Part shown: positions 13,179 to 25,356 of the stretch, piece after piece | Numbering within the stretch: position 1 is the first letter of the stretch | Layout: every line of letters begins with the position of its first letter | Assembly (NCBI GenBank): GCA_002269645.1 | Contig: NIVC01004105.1 | Coordinates: forward strand, 1-60,582 | Source: Macrostomum lignano | Lineage: Eukaryota | Direction of reading: 5' to 3' | Length of the DNA: 60,582 nucleotides | The notes under the pieces: generated by a model | The model's database searches: none | Told to the model about the DNA's origin: nothing | What the model saw: the letters and a program-made list of their open reading frames with translations, nothing else | Program-made: the position numbers and the translations under genes

Positions 13179-16100
13179 TCACTTCTTAGCCGCCGGCGGC
13201 GCCTTGCTGCCATAGAGAATGCGGTTCATCTGCGTGTTCTGCTCGTCCATCTTGGCGTTCGTCTTGTCTGTCTTCACCGACATTCGCTCCAGCTGCGAGT
13301 TCTGCCTGTCGATCTCGCCGCCCAGCCCCATGGCCAGCTGCTTCAGCCGGCCCATGCCATGCTCCATCTCGCCCAGGTTTTCGCTGAACGCCCTGTCGTA
13401 GGAGGTCTGCGGCTGCTGCCGCTGCTGCTGCTGCTGGTAGCCGGCGGCCCCCGTGGCTGCGGCGCCAAAGGATGCCGCGGGCTCCTGGCGGCGAACGTGG
13501 AATGGAACAGCTGCTGTGAGACTGGAGACACTCAGCATTCTCACCATTGAGACAGTCGGCAGTCTCCCCATTGAGACACTCAGCAGTCTTATCATTGAGA
13601 CACTCAGCAGTCTCCCCATTGAGACAGTCGGCAGTCTCCCCATTGAGACACTCAGCAGTCTTATCATTGAGACACTCAGCAGTCTCACCATTGAGACTCT
13701 CAGCAGTCTCCCCATTGAGACACTCAGCAGTCTCACCATTGAGACACTCAGCAGTCTCCCCATTGAGACACTCGGCAGTCTCCCCATTGAGACACTCAGC
13801 AGTCTTATCATTGAGACACTCAGCAGTCTTATCATTGAGACACTCAGCAGTCTCCCCATTGAGACACTCAGCAGTCTCCCCATTGAGACACTCAGCAGTC
13901 TCCCCATTGAGACAGTCGGCAGTCTCCCCATTGAGACACTCAGCAGTCTTATCATTGAGACACTCAGCAGTCTCCCCATTGAGACACTCAGCAGTCTCAC
14001 CATTGAGACACTCAGCAGTCTCCCCATTGAGACACTCGGCAGTCTCCCCATTGAGACACTCAGCAGTCTTATCATTGAGACACTCAGCAGTCTCCCCATT
14101 GAGACACTCAGCAGTCTTATCATTGAGACACTCAGCAGTCTCCCCATTGAGACACTCAGCAGTCTCCCATTGAGACACTCAGCAGTCTCACCATTGAGAC
14201 ACTCAGCAGTCTCCCCATTGAGACACTCAGCAGTCTCACCATTGAGACACTCAGCAGTCTCACCATTGAGACACTCAGCAGTCTCACCATTGAGACACTC
14301 AGCAGTCTCCCCATTGAGACACTCGGCAGTCTCCCCATTGAGACACTCAGCAGTCTTATCATTGAGACACTCAGCAGTCTCCCCATTGAGACACTCAGCA
14401 GTCTTATCATTGAGACACTCAGCAGTCTTATCATTGAGACACTCAGCAGTCTCCCCATTGAGACACTCAGCAGTCTTATCATTGAGACACTCAGCAGTCT
14501 CACCATTGAGACTCTCAGCAGTCTCCCCATTGAGACACTCAGCAGTCTCACCATTGAGACACTCAGCAGTCTCCCCATTGAGACACTCGGCAGTCTCCCC
14601 ATTGAGACACTCAGCAGTCTTATCATTGAGACACTCAGCAGTCTTATCATTGAGACACTCAGCAGTCTCCCCATTGAGACACTCAGCAGTCTCCCCATTG
14701 AGACACTCAGCAGTCTCCCCATTGAGACAGTCGGCAGTCTCCCCATTGAGACACTCAGCAGTCTTATCATTGAGACACTCAGCAGTCTCCCCATTGAGAC
14801 ACTCAGCAGTCTCACCATTGAGACACTCAGCAGTCTCCCCATTGAGACACTCGGCAGTCTCCCCATTGAGACACTCAGCAGTCTTATCATTGAGACACTC
14901 AGCAGTCTCCCCATTGAGACACTCAGCAGTCTCCCCATTGAGACACTCAGCAGTCTCACCATTGAGACACTCAGCAGTCTCCCCATTGAGACACTCAGCA
15001 GTCTCACCATTGAGACACTCAGCAGTCTCACCATTGAGACACTCGGCAGTCTCCCCATTGAGACACTCAGCAGTCTTATCATTGAGACACTCAGCAGTCT
15101 CCCCATTGAGACACTCAGCAGTCTCCCCATTGAGACACTCAGCAGTCTTATCATTGAGACACTCAGCAGTCTCCCCATTGAGACACTCAGCAGTCTTATC
15201 ATTGAGACACTCAGCAGTCTCCCCATTGAGACACTCAGCAGTCTCACCATTGAGACACTCAGCAGTCTCCCCATTGAGACACTCAGCAGTCTCCCCATTG
15301 AGACACTCAGCAGTCTCCCCATTGAGACACTCAGCAGTCTCACCATTGAGACACTCAGCAGTCTCCCCATTGAGACACTCAGCAGTCTCACCATTGAGAC
15401 ACTCAGCAGTCTCACCATTGAGACACTCAGCAGTCTCCCCATTGAGACACTCAGCAGTCTTATCATTGAGACACTCAGCAGTCTCCCCATTGAGACACTC
15501 AGCAGTCTCCCCATTGAGACACTCAGCAGTCTCCCCATTGAGACACTCAGCAGTCTCCCCATTGAGACACTCAGCAGTCTTATCATTGAGACACTCAGCA
15601 GTCTCCCCATTGAGACACTCAGCAGTCTCACCATTGAGACACTCAGCAGTCTCCCCATTGAGACACTCAGCAGTCTCACCATTGCGACACTCAGCAGTCT
15701 CCCCATTGAGACACTCAGCAGTCTCACCATTGAGACACTCGGCAGTCTCCCCATTGAGACACTCAGCAGTCTCACCATTGAGACACTCAGCAGTCTCCCC
15801 ATTGAGACACTCAGCAGTCTCCCCATTGAGACACTCAGCAGTCTCCCCATTGAGACACTCAGCAGTCTCACCATTGAGACACTCAGCAGTCTCACCATTG
15901 AGACACTCAGCAGTCTCACCATTGAGACACTCGGCAGTCTCCCCATTGAGACACTCAGCAGTCTCACCATTGAGACACTCAGCAGTCTCCCCATTGAGAC
16001 ACTCAGCAGTCTCCCCATTGAGACACTCAGCAGTCTTATCATTGAGACACTCAGCAGTCTCCCCATTGAGACACTCAGCAGTCTCCCCATTGAGACACTC

Positions 16101-17814
16101 AGCAGTCTCCCCATTGAGACACTCAGCAGTCTTATCATTGAGACACTCAGCAGTCTCACCATTGAGACACTCAGCAGTCTCCCCATTGAGACACTCAGCA
16201 GTCTCACCATTGAGACACTCAGCAGTCTCCCCATTGAGACACTCAGCAGTCTCCCCATTGAGACACTCAGCAGTCTCACCATTGAGACACTCAGCAGTCT
16301 CACCACAGGGACACTCAGCATTCTCACCCCCATAGACACTCAGCAGTCTCACCACAGGGACACTCAGCATTCTCACCCCCATAGACACTCAGCAGTCTCG
16401 CCAGAAACCCAAATCTCACCTGGGACACTAATAAATTTCAATTAGAGACACAGGAAACCCAAAATCTCAAAGTCCCCAAAATTCACCTGGGCAGCGACTC
16501 TCCTGGCCTCGGCGGTGGAGCTGACGGCCATGGCCTTGTCCAGGCTGGCGCCGGCGGGCTCGTACTGCTGCGCTGGCTGCTGGCGCTTCTTGGCCGAGTC
16601 GCCGCGGAACCAGTTCTTGACGCCGCCGAACATCGAGCTCAGGCTATTGATGTGGCCCTGCGATTCCTTCTGGACGGCCTCGATGTGGTCCAGCTTCTCC
16701 TCTGTTCGGTTCAGCACCTCGCCCTGCCTGACCAGCTCTTGGGCGGTGTCCACGCCCATGCTCTCGCTGCTGTACATTGACTGAAGAGCCCGCCGTTGCG
16801 TCTCCAGCTGCCGGCTCTGCGAGGCCTGCAAGCCGGCATCAAAGGTGCACAAGCACATGTAATTTGAGTCTGCAGTGTTTAACTTCTCCTAGTCTCCCAT
16901 ACTGATACATTCCCCAATCACAGAAGCCTCCCCCAGTCTTTTCCTCCCTTCGCTCCGGTCGTCTTATTCTCTGTCGATTTAAAACTCGTCTCAACTCTTA
17001 TTTTTGTCCCTTGCCTGTCCCTCTCCTAGTCTTATCTACTTCCAGACTCCCTCCGCCCCATCTGCCCCAGACTCCCTCCACCCCATCTGCCCCAGACTCC
17101 CTCCACCCTATCTGCCCCAGACTCCCTCCACCCCATCTGCCCCAGTCTCCCTCCACCCCATCTGCCCCAGTCTCCCTCCACCCCATCTGCCCCAGTCTCC
17201 CTCCACCCCATCTGCCCAGTCTCCCTTCACCCCATCTGCCCCAGTCTCCCTCCACCCCATCTGCCCAGTCTCCCTTCACCCCATCTGCCCCAGTCTCCCT
17301 CCACCCCATCTGCCCCAGACTCCCTCCACCCCATCTGCCCCAGACTCCCTCCACCCCATCTGCCCCAGTCTCCCTCCACCCCATCTGCCCCAGTCTCCCT
17401 CCACCCCATCTGCCCCAGTCTCCCTCCACCCCATCTGCCCCAGTCTCCCTCCACCCCATCTGCCCAGTCTCCCTTCACCCCATCTGCCCCAGTCTCCCTC
17501 TACCCCATCTGCCCCAGACTCCCTCCACCCCATCTGCCCCAGACTCCCTCCACCCCATCTGCCCCAGACTCCCTCCACCCCATCTGCCCCAGACTCCCCC
17601 CACCCCATCCTCCGCGGTGACAGCAGCCGCTCACCTGCACCTGCTGCTGCACAGTCGACCGGCCTTCATAGCCGTAGCCGCCGCCAGGATTGTAGGAGCC
17701 GAAGCTGCCAGCCTGCCGGTCCTGCCCAGTCTCGAACGGGTTCCGGCCGCCGCCGCCGCCAAGACTAAAGGGATTTTTATCCTCTGTGTAGAACGGGTTT
17801 CTGCTGTCAGACAT
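13179..17814 (-). CDS. SNAP29: Synaptosomal-associated protein 29 (Qbc SNARE), 3 exons, ~274 aa
   Basis: Exons 17814-17635, 16825-16487, 13484-13179, all phase 0 with GT..AG. N-terminal NPF motifs. SNARE 1: RRALQSMYSSESMGVDTAQELVRQGEVLNRTEEKLD...HINSLSSMFGG. SNARE 2: ENLGEMEHGMGRLKQLAMGLGGEIDRQNSQLERM. Confidence 0.93.
13525..16400. repeat. 24-bp minisatellite (ATTGAGACACTCAGCAGTCTCCCC and variants), ~120 copies, in SNAP29 intron 2
   Basis: Direct reading; gives 8-aa periodic spurious ORFs in several frames. Confidence 0.97.
17040..17610. repeat. 25-bp G/C-skewed minisatellite (ACTCCCTCCACCCCATCTGCCCCAG), ~22 copies, in SNAP29 intron 1
   Basis: Direct reading; the sense strand carries GGGG, GGGG and GGG runs in each unit. 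Confidence 0.95.
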
Positions 17815-18189
17815 TCCTACAGCTTGTCGCTGCAAATGGCGGCAGGAGAGAAAACTATGGGGGCTCTGCCAGCAAATATCTCTGCTTTAAAAGTAGGCTC
17901 ACACCAGAACTGCGGTAGCCCCCGCTAGTGTACATTGCCCTCTGTCTCCAGAATATCTCTGCAAACAACCTCTTTACGAAATACTGGTCTATTCTGATTC
18001 TAATAATAGCACAGACGTGCTCAGTGACTAAGCCTTTCCCTACCCTGCATGACTAACAACCCCATATAAAAAATTCTAATAAGTCTACGCAGCTTTCAAA
18101 AATATGAATCATCTCAATATTAGTCAGACTCCAAACTGACTTGATGAAGCTTTAATTACGAGAAGCCCAGAAGCTGCTGCGATTGCAAT

Positions 18190-18540
18190 TTAAATAAAAC
18201 AAAACTTGCTAAGGAGACAAAGGGGGTCAAACAGGGTGGAAATGCACGCCAAGGCTCTCGCCTGTAGCTGGCGCATAACAGGAGTTTTCTGCAATCAAAG
18301 CACTGACTCGCGGATACGCGTGACCGTGGGAGCCTCGGCTTGCCCATGAGACAGCCAGGAGGCAGGCGTGCCCCACACGGGCATCTACACAGGCTCAAGC
18401 TCACACAGAGTGTACAGCGCCCCCTGCCGACTACTTATTTCCAAGAGAACGAACGCCAACTTAATAAGGCCGTGTGCGGACTCGAACCCGGGTAACCTTT
18501 ACACGGGAGTCGGAGGCGTTGCAGCCGAGCTGCTCGGCCC
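18190..18540 (-). mobile_element. Putative tRNA-derived SINE (tRNA-like head 18540-18468 plus body)
   Basis: Minus strand GGGCCGAGCAGCTCGGCTGC...CCCGGGTTCGAGTCCGCACACGGCC has a perfect B box (GGTTCGAGTCC) and acceptor-stem-like ends, but the anticodon stem does not pair. A GC-rich body and an AT-rich tail follow. The 3' boundary is approximate. Confidence 0.5.
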
Positions 18541-18649
18541 TCTGAGCAGGAAGCACTTTTCTTTTTCTTCAATTGGATCGGAATGCCAAAATTTTAACAA
18601 TGTCTAAACTTAACTTCCTAATTAGAGATAACATCATCCAGTTCTTTAA

Positions 18650-19315
18650 TCCATATATCGAGATCCCATTATCCAGGTGTTAATCCCTAATGGAATATCC
18701 CATCATCCATATACTAAAAATGGTCCAGGTCTAAATCTCTAATTGAATATCCCATAGTCCAGGTGTTAATCCCTAGTTGACTATCCTATCATATGGGTGC
18801 TAAATCAGTAATTACAGATCTCATAATCCAGGTGTTAAACACCTTAATTAAATATCCTATACTCCAGGTCTTAATCCCTAATTGAATATCCCATCATCCA
18901 GGTGTTAAATCCCTAATTACAGATCCCATCATCCAGGTGTTATATCCCTAATTACAGATCCCATCATCCAGGTGTTAAATCCCTAATTACAGATCCCATC
19001 ATCCAGGTGTTAAATCCCTAATTACAGATCCCATCATTCAGGTGTTATATCCCTAATTACAGATCCCATCATCCAGGTGTTAAATCCCTAATTACAGATC
19101 CCATCATCCAGGTGTTAAATCCCTAATTACAGATCCCATCATTCAGGTGTTATATCCCTAATTACAGATCCCATCATCCAGGTGTTAAATCCCTAATTAC
19201 AGATCCCATCATCCAGGTGTTAAATCCCTAATTACAGATCCCATCATCCAGGTATCAATCCCTATTCAATACCCATCATCCAGGTATCAATCCCTATTCA
19301 ATATCCCATCATCGA
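18650..19315. repeat. 35-bp minisatellite (GATCCCATCATCCAGGTGTTAAATCCCTAATTACA), DHPS-SNAP29 spacer
   Basis: About 10 clean copies at ~18890-19250 with degenerate copies on both sides. Confidence 0.92.
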
Positions 19316-19474
19316 GGTTTTGGGATACTGAATGACTGACACATCAAGCCTCTGAAGTTGCAAAATGCTTCGCGCAAATCTCTCCGATATAAACAAAGGT
19401 CACTCGGCACTGTGCAGCGACCCAGCCAGAAGGCCAGCTACATGAAAGCCAGGTCAGTGAGCAGTTCTAAGAGG

Positions 19475-22400
19475 TCATTTGTCTGCCCTGCCAGCCAGCC
19501 GCTTAGCGAAGGTCTGCGCCACGATGAGCGGGAAGGCCAGCGTGGCGTCCGAGTAGACCTTCACAGGCCGCGCGTCCAGCCGGATTTTGCCCCAGCTGAC
19601 GGCCTCGTCGGGCCTGGCGCCGGAGTCGCTGCCATCGAACTCCTGGCCGGTGTTGACGAACACGGCAAAGTTGGCCCCGTTGCGCATGAGGTTGGCATTG
19701 CAGGTGTGGTGCTTCACGACCCCGCCGCCCAGAACTATCATGCCGGTGTTGCGGGCGAACACCGCCTGGCTGTTCACCAGCCGGATGTCCTCGATGGCGT
19801 CCAGGACGAGGCCGGGACAGCGGTAGCTGTGAAAGTACAGCACGTCACCGCACGCGCCGTCTGTGATGGAAGGGCAGAACACAGGGATGCCGTTTCGGTG
19901 GCACCAGTAGAGCACCGACTCGGGGTTGTTGATCTCTCTGGAAGAATATATTGACATTTTGCGTTTTGGCTACTTAAACAGTAGTTCGATAGCACTAATC
20001 ACCATGAGTCAATTAATAGTCTCACCCATGAGTCACTCAATAGTCTCACCCATGAGTCACTCATTAGTCTCACCCATGAGTCACTCATTAGTCTCACCCA
20101 TGAAACACTCAATAGTCTCACCCATGAGTCAATTAATAGTCTCACCCATGAGTCACTCAATAGTCTCACCCATGAGTCACTCAATAGTCTCACCCATGAG
20201 TCACTCAATAGTCTCACCCATGAGTCACTCAATAGTCTCACCCATGAGTCACTCAATAGTCTCACCCATGAGTCACTCATTAGTCTCACCCATGAGTCAC
20301 TCATTAGTCTCACCCATGAGACACTCAATAGTCTCACCCATAAGACAATCAATAGTCTCACCCATGAGACACTCAATAGTCTGACCCATGAGCCACTCAA
20401 TAGTCTCACCCATAAGACAATCAATAGTCTCACCCATAAGACACAATATTCTCACCCACACTCAAAAGTCTCACCCATGAGACACTCAATAGTCTCACCC
20501 ATGAGTCACTCACTAGTCTCACCCATGAGACACTCAATAGTCTCACCCATAAGACAATCAATAGTCTCACCCATGAGACACTCAATAGTCTGACCCATGA
20601 GCCACTCAATAGTCTCACCCATGAGACAATCAATAGGCTCACCCATAAGACACAATATTCTCACCCACACTCAAAAGTCTCACCCATGAGACAATCAATA
20701 TTCTCACGCATGGGGTAGAAATAAATAGAGATCAGAGGACAGGAATGCATAAAGGACTCAGCACAGGAATGCATAAAGGACTCAGGACAGGAATGCATGG
20801 AGGACTCAGGACAGGAATGCATAACGGACTCAGGACAGGAATGCATGGAGGACTCAGGACAGGAATGCATGGAGGACTCAGGACAGGAATGCATAAAGGA
20901 CTCAGGACAGGAATGCATAACGGACTCAGGACAGGAATGCATGGAGGACTCAGGACAGGAATGCATAAAGGACTCAGGACAGGAATGTATGGAGGACTCA
21001 GGACAGGAATGCATAAAGGACTCAGGACAGGAATGCATAACGGACTCAGGACAGGAATGCATAAAGGACTCAGGACAGGAATGCATAAAGGACTCAGGAC
21101 AGGAATGCATAACGGACTCAGGACAGGAATGCATAACGGACTCAGGACAGGAATGCATGGAGGACTCAGGACAGGAATGCATGGAGGACTCAGGACAGGA
21201 ATGCATAAAGGACCCAGGACAGGAATGCATGAAGGACTCAGGACAGGAATGCATGAAGGACTCAGGACAGGAATGCATGGAGGACTCAGGACAGGAATGC
21301 ATGGAGGACTCAGGACAGGAATGCATAAAGGACTCAGGACAGGAATGCATAACGGACTCAGGACAGGAATGCATGGAGGACTCAGGACAGGAATGCATAA
21401 AGGACTCAGGACAGGAATGCATAACGGACTCAGGACAGGAATGCATGGAGGACTCAGGACAGGAATGCATAAAGGACTCAGGACAGGAATGCATAAAGGA
21501 CTCAGGACAGGAATGTATGGAGGACTCAGGACAGGAATGCATAAAGGACTCAGGACAGGAATGCATAACGGACTCAGGACAGGAATGCATAAAGGACTCA
21601 GGACAGGAATGCATAAAGGACTCAGGACAGGAATGCATAACGGACTCAGGACAGGAATGCATAACGGACTCAGGACAGGAATGCATAACGGACTCAGGAC
21701 AGGAATGCATGGAGGACTCAGGACAGGAATGCATGGAGGACTCAGGACAGGAATGCATAAAGGACCCAGGACAGGAATGCATGAAGGACTCAGGACAGGA
21801 ATGCATGAAGGACTCAGGACAGGAATGCATGGAGGACTCAGGACAGGAATGCATGGAGGACTCAGGACAGGAATGCATGGAGGACTCAGGACAGGAATGC
21901 ATAAAGGACTCAGGACAGGAATGCATAACGGACTCAGGACAGGAATGCATAACGGACTCAGGACAGGAATACATAAAGGACTCAGGACAGGAATGCATAA
22001 AGGACTCAGGACAGGAATGCATATAGGACTCAGGACAGGAATGCATAAAGGACTCAGAACAGGAATGCATAAAGGACTCAGGACAGGAATGCATAAGGAC
22101 TCAGGACAGGAATACATAAAGGACTCAGGACAGGAATACATAAAGGACTCAGGACAGGAATGCATAACGGACTCAGGACAGGAATGCATAAAGGACTCAG
22201 GACAGGAATGCATAAGGACTCAGGACAGGAATGCATGGAGGACTCAGGACAGGAATGCATAAGGACTCAGGACAGGAATGCATGGAGGACTCAGGACAGG
22301 AATGCATAAGGACTCAGGACAGGAATGCATGGAGGACTCAGGACAGGAACGCACGCAAGTCTCATTTAAGAAGAGCCCCACCTGCCTAGGCGGTGAATGA

Positions 22401-24303
22401 GCTTAGATGGAGTCCAGTTGATTTTCTGCTCATTCTGCTCAGCCAGCATGGCGTCAAGGATGGGCACCAGCCACGACTCGAACGCGCAGTAGTTCTTGTT
22501 CGGCACCAGCAGGTTGCCGATCCGGTTGATGCCGGCCTGACGCAGCTGCGCGCCCGGCCAGCGATGGAAGTCGCCGATGTAGGTTGGGTGCATGCACTTG
22601 ATGAGGTCCTCCTCCACGGCGCCGCCGGTGGTGACGAGCACGTCAACCAGGTTGTGCTCGACCAGGTAGCGAATTGACTCGCGCACGCCGCTGGAGATCA
22701 TGTTGGACGTGAAGGCCAAGAATATGGTGCAGTTCGTGCGGGCCCGGCCGTATGGATTCGGGTTGGACACCTCCAAGTCTCCATTGGCGGTTGCGGCACC
22801 CGCGGCTTCCTCCGGCTTGGCGAACTTGCAGTCGAGCATTCGGTTGATTTCGTCTATGGCCAGCGACAGGTTGGTGCCCTGCGGGGTGAATCAACCGTAT
22901 CTACCTGCCGATCTACAGTATCTACCTGCCGATCTATTTACAGTATCTAACTGCCAATCTACAGTATCTAACTGCCGATCTATCTACAGTATCTAACTGC
23001 CGATCTATCTACAGTATCTAACTGCCACTCTACAGTATCTAACTGCCGATCTATCTACAGTATCTACCTGCCGATCTACAGTATCTACCTGCCGATCTAC
23101 AGTATCTACCTGCTGATCTACAGTATCTACCTGCCGATCTATTTACAGTATCTAACTGCCAAACTACAGTATCTAACTGCCGATCTACAGTATCTACCTG
23201 CCGATCTACAGTATCTACCTGCCGATCTACGGTATCTAACTGCCGATCTATCTACAGTATCTAACTGCCGATCTACAGTATCTACCTGCCGATCTACAGT
23301 ATCTACCTGCTGATCTACAGTATCTACCTGCCGATCTATTTACAGTATCTAACTGCCGATCTATCTACAGTATCTAACTGCCGATCTACAGTATCTACCT
23401 GCCGATCTACGGTATCTAACTGCCGATCTATCTACAGTATCTAACTGCCGATCTACAGTATCTAACTGCCGATCTACAGTATCTACCTGCCGATCTACAG
23501 TATCTACCTGCCGATCTATTTACAGTATCTAACTGCCAATCTACAGTATCTAACTGCCGATCTACAGTATCTAACTGCCGATCTACAGTATCTACCTGCC
23601 GATCTACAGTATCTACCTGCCGATCTATTTACAGTATCTAACTGCCAATCTACAGTATCTAACTGCCGATCTATCTACAGTATCTAACTGCCGATCTACT
23701 GTATCTAACTGCCGATCTACGGTATCTAACTGCCGATCTATCTACAATATGCAACTGAAGATATATACAGCATCTAAATGCTGATCTACTTTATCTTCTA
23801 CAGTATCCAACTGACGATCTATCTAAAGTTTCCTTCTATACTGTTTTATCGAATCTAATTGATCTACAGTTCTTACAGATCTGCAGCATCTAACTACTGA
23901 TCTGCAGCATCTAACTACTGATCTGCAGCATCTAACTACTGAACTGCAGCATCTAACTACTGATCTGGAGCATCTAACTACTGAACTGCAGCATCTAACT
24001 ACTGATCTGCAGCATCTAACTACTGAACTGCAGCATCTAACTATTGATCTGCAGCATCTAACTACTGATCTGCAGCATCTAACTACTGAACTGCAGCACC
24101 TACAGGGTAAATAAGCAGAAAAGGTAAACATGAAGACTTACCTGAAAGCCTGTGGTGGCAAATGATTTCATCAGTGCTTCCAGTGACAGCCCGTCAGGCG
24201 CATTGAAGTCGTGACCCTTGACCGGCGTGTCCACGTCTTCTGGCAGCTGGCCGGACTGCATCAGCACAGCCTGCTGGCTGATCTGCGGCGGCTGCTGAGA
24301 CAT
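19475..24303 (-). CDS. DHPS: Deoxyhypusine synthase, 3 exons, ~373 aa
   Basis: Exons 24303-24142, 22878-22382, 19937-19475 (phases 0, 2) total 1122 nt. Motifs [44 protein letters not shown] and [13 protein letters not shown] (catalytic Lys). Confidence 0.96.
19997..20700. repeat. 24-bp minisatellite (ATAGTCTCACCCATGAGTCACTCA) in DHPS intron 2
   Basis: Direct reading; the unit resembles the SNAP29 intron 2 repeat. Confidence 0.95.
20735..22350. repeat. 24-bp minisatellite (GGACTCAGGACAGGAATGCATAAA), ~67 copies, in DHPS intron 2
   Basis: Direct reading; variable 3-nt position (AAA/AAC/GGA/GAA). Confidence 0.96.
22897..23760. repeat. 21/25-bp minisatellite (GATCTACAGTATCTACCTGCC) in DHPS intron 1
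   Basis: Direct reading; some units carry an extra 4 nt. Confidence 0.93.
23870..24098. repeat. 21-bp minisatellite (GATCTGCAGCATCTAACTACT) in DHPS intron 1
   Basis: About 11 copies; related to the adjacent 21-bp array. Confidence 0.92.
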
Positions 24304-24444
24304 GGCTGAAGTGTCCGGGGAGTGCTTGAGAATGTACTTCTTTATCAAGTATCGCAACTGTCTTCGGTTCCAGTAAAACAATTGCTGGCAAAATACTTTA
24401 AAATATTTTAGCATCATTTTACAGTATTACAGTGAATATAGCAG

Positions 24445-24465
24445 TCGTAGTAGTAGTAGTAGTAT

Positions 24466-24524
<59 letters not shown>

Positions 24525-24585
24525 TCAGTAGTAGTATTAGTAGCAGTAGCAGTAGTAGTAGTTTTAGTAGCAGTAGTAGTAGTAA

Positions 24586-24617
<32 letters not shown>

Positions 24618-24686
24618 GTAGTAGTAGTAGTAGTAGAAGTAGTAGTAGTAGTAGTAGCAGTAGTAGTAGTGATAGTAGTAGTAGTA

Positions 24687-24719
<33 letters not shown>

Positions 24720-24734
24720 ATAGTAGTAGTAGTA

Positions 24735-24784
<50 letters not shown>

Positions 24785-24810
24785 TGTAATAGTAGTAGTA
24801 GTAGTAGTAA

Positions 24811-24876
<66 letters not shown>

Positions 24877-24900
24877 CAGTAGTAGTACTAATTGTAGTAG
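24445..24900. repeat. (AGT)n microsatellite, ~150 units, MFSD9-DHPS spacer
   Basis: Direct reading; produces poly-Leu and poly-Val spurious ORFs. Confidence 0.97.
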
Positions 24901-25356
24901 AGTATTATTTTTACTACACATTGGCATCTAGGCTCAAGAGTCCGTACTGTACCTTGCCAGGAAAGAAGGTGGGCAGCAAAGTAATAAAAAACAAGAAGTA
25001 AAAAACATTTTTAAGTATGTTTGTTTATATTTTTGTCACAACGAAAGATAAACAACGGAACATTGTGATTCTGTAGATTTTGTGCGATTCTGTGCAAAAT
25101 CAGATCAGGAAAGACAGCTGGAAGTGCGGGAAAAGCGCCTGGCACATGGAATAATGCTCATATTGGGAACCACTGAAAATCAGGAACTCAAAGGTGGATC
25201 GCATCCCTTCCTGCCGTTCCTGGTGGTTAATTAAAATTATGCTAACAGAAAATTACGATTAAAAAATCTATACAGACTACTTGCGCTTGCAATGCAGTAG
25301 GCAGGTAGCAAATTTTGTAGCTTAAAATTTCAGATAAAAACTGGGGTGAAGACTCG

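Noticed and set aside
13453-16388. 700-1069-aa periodic ORFs (NGETAECL, RHSAVSPL, RLLSVSMG)
   Set aside because: Products of a 24-bp intronic repeat. SNAP29 exons splice cleanly around it to a normal-length protein.
18468-18540. Functional tRNA-Gly(CCC) gene
   Set aside because: The anticodon stem does not pair and the D and T stems are degenerate; better explained as a SINE head.
20661-22262. 400-505-aa ORFs ([22 protein letters not shown] repeats)
   Set aside because: The 24-bp period keeps frames open, and they lie within DHPS intron 2.
24427-25001. Poly-Leu and poly-Val ORFs
   Set aside because: Translation of an (AGT)n microsatellite.
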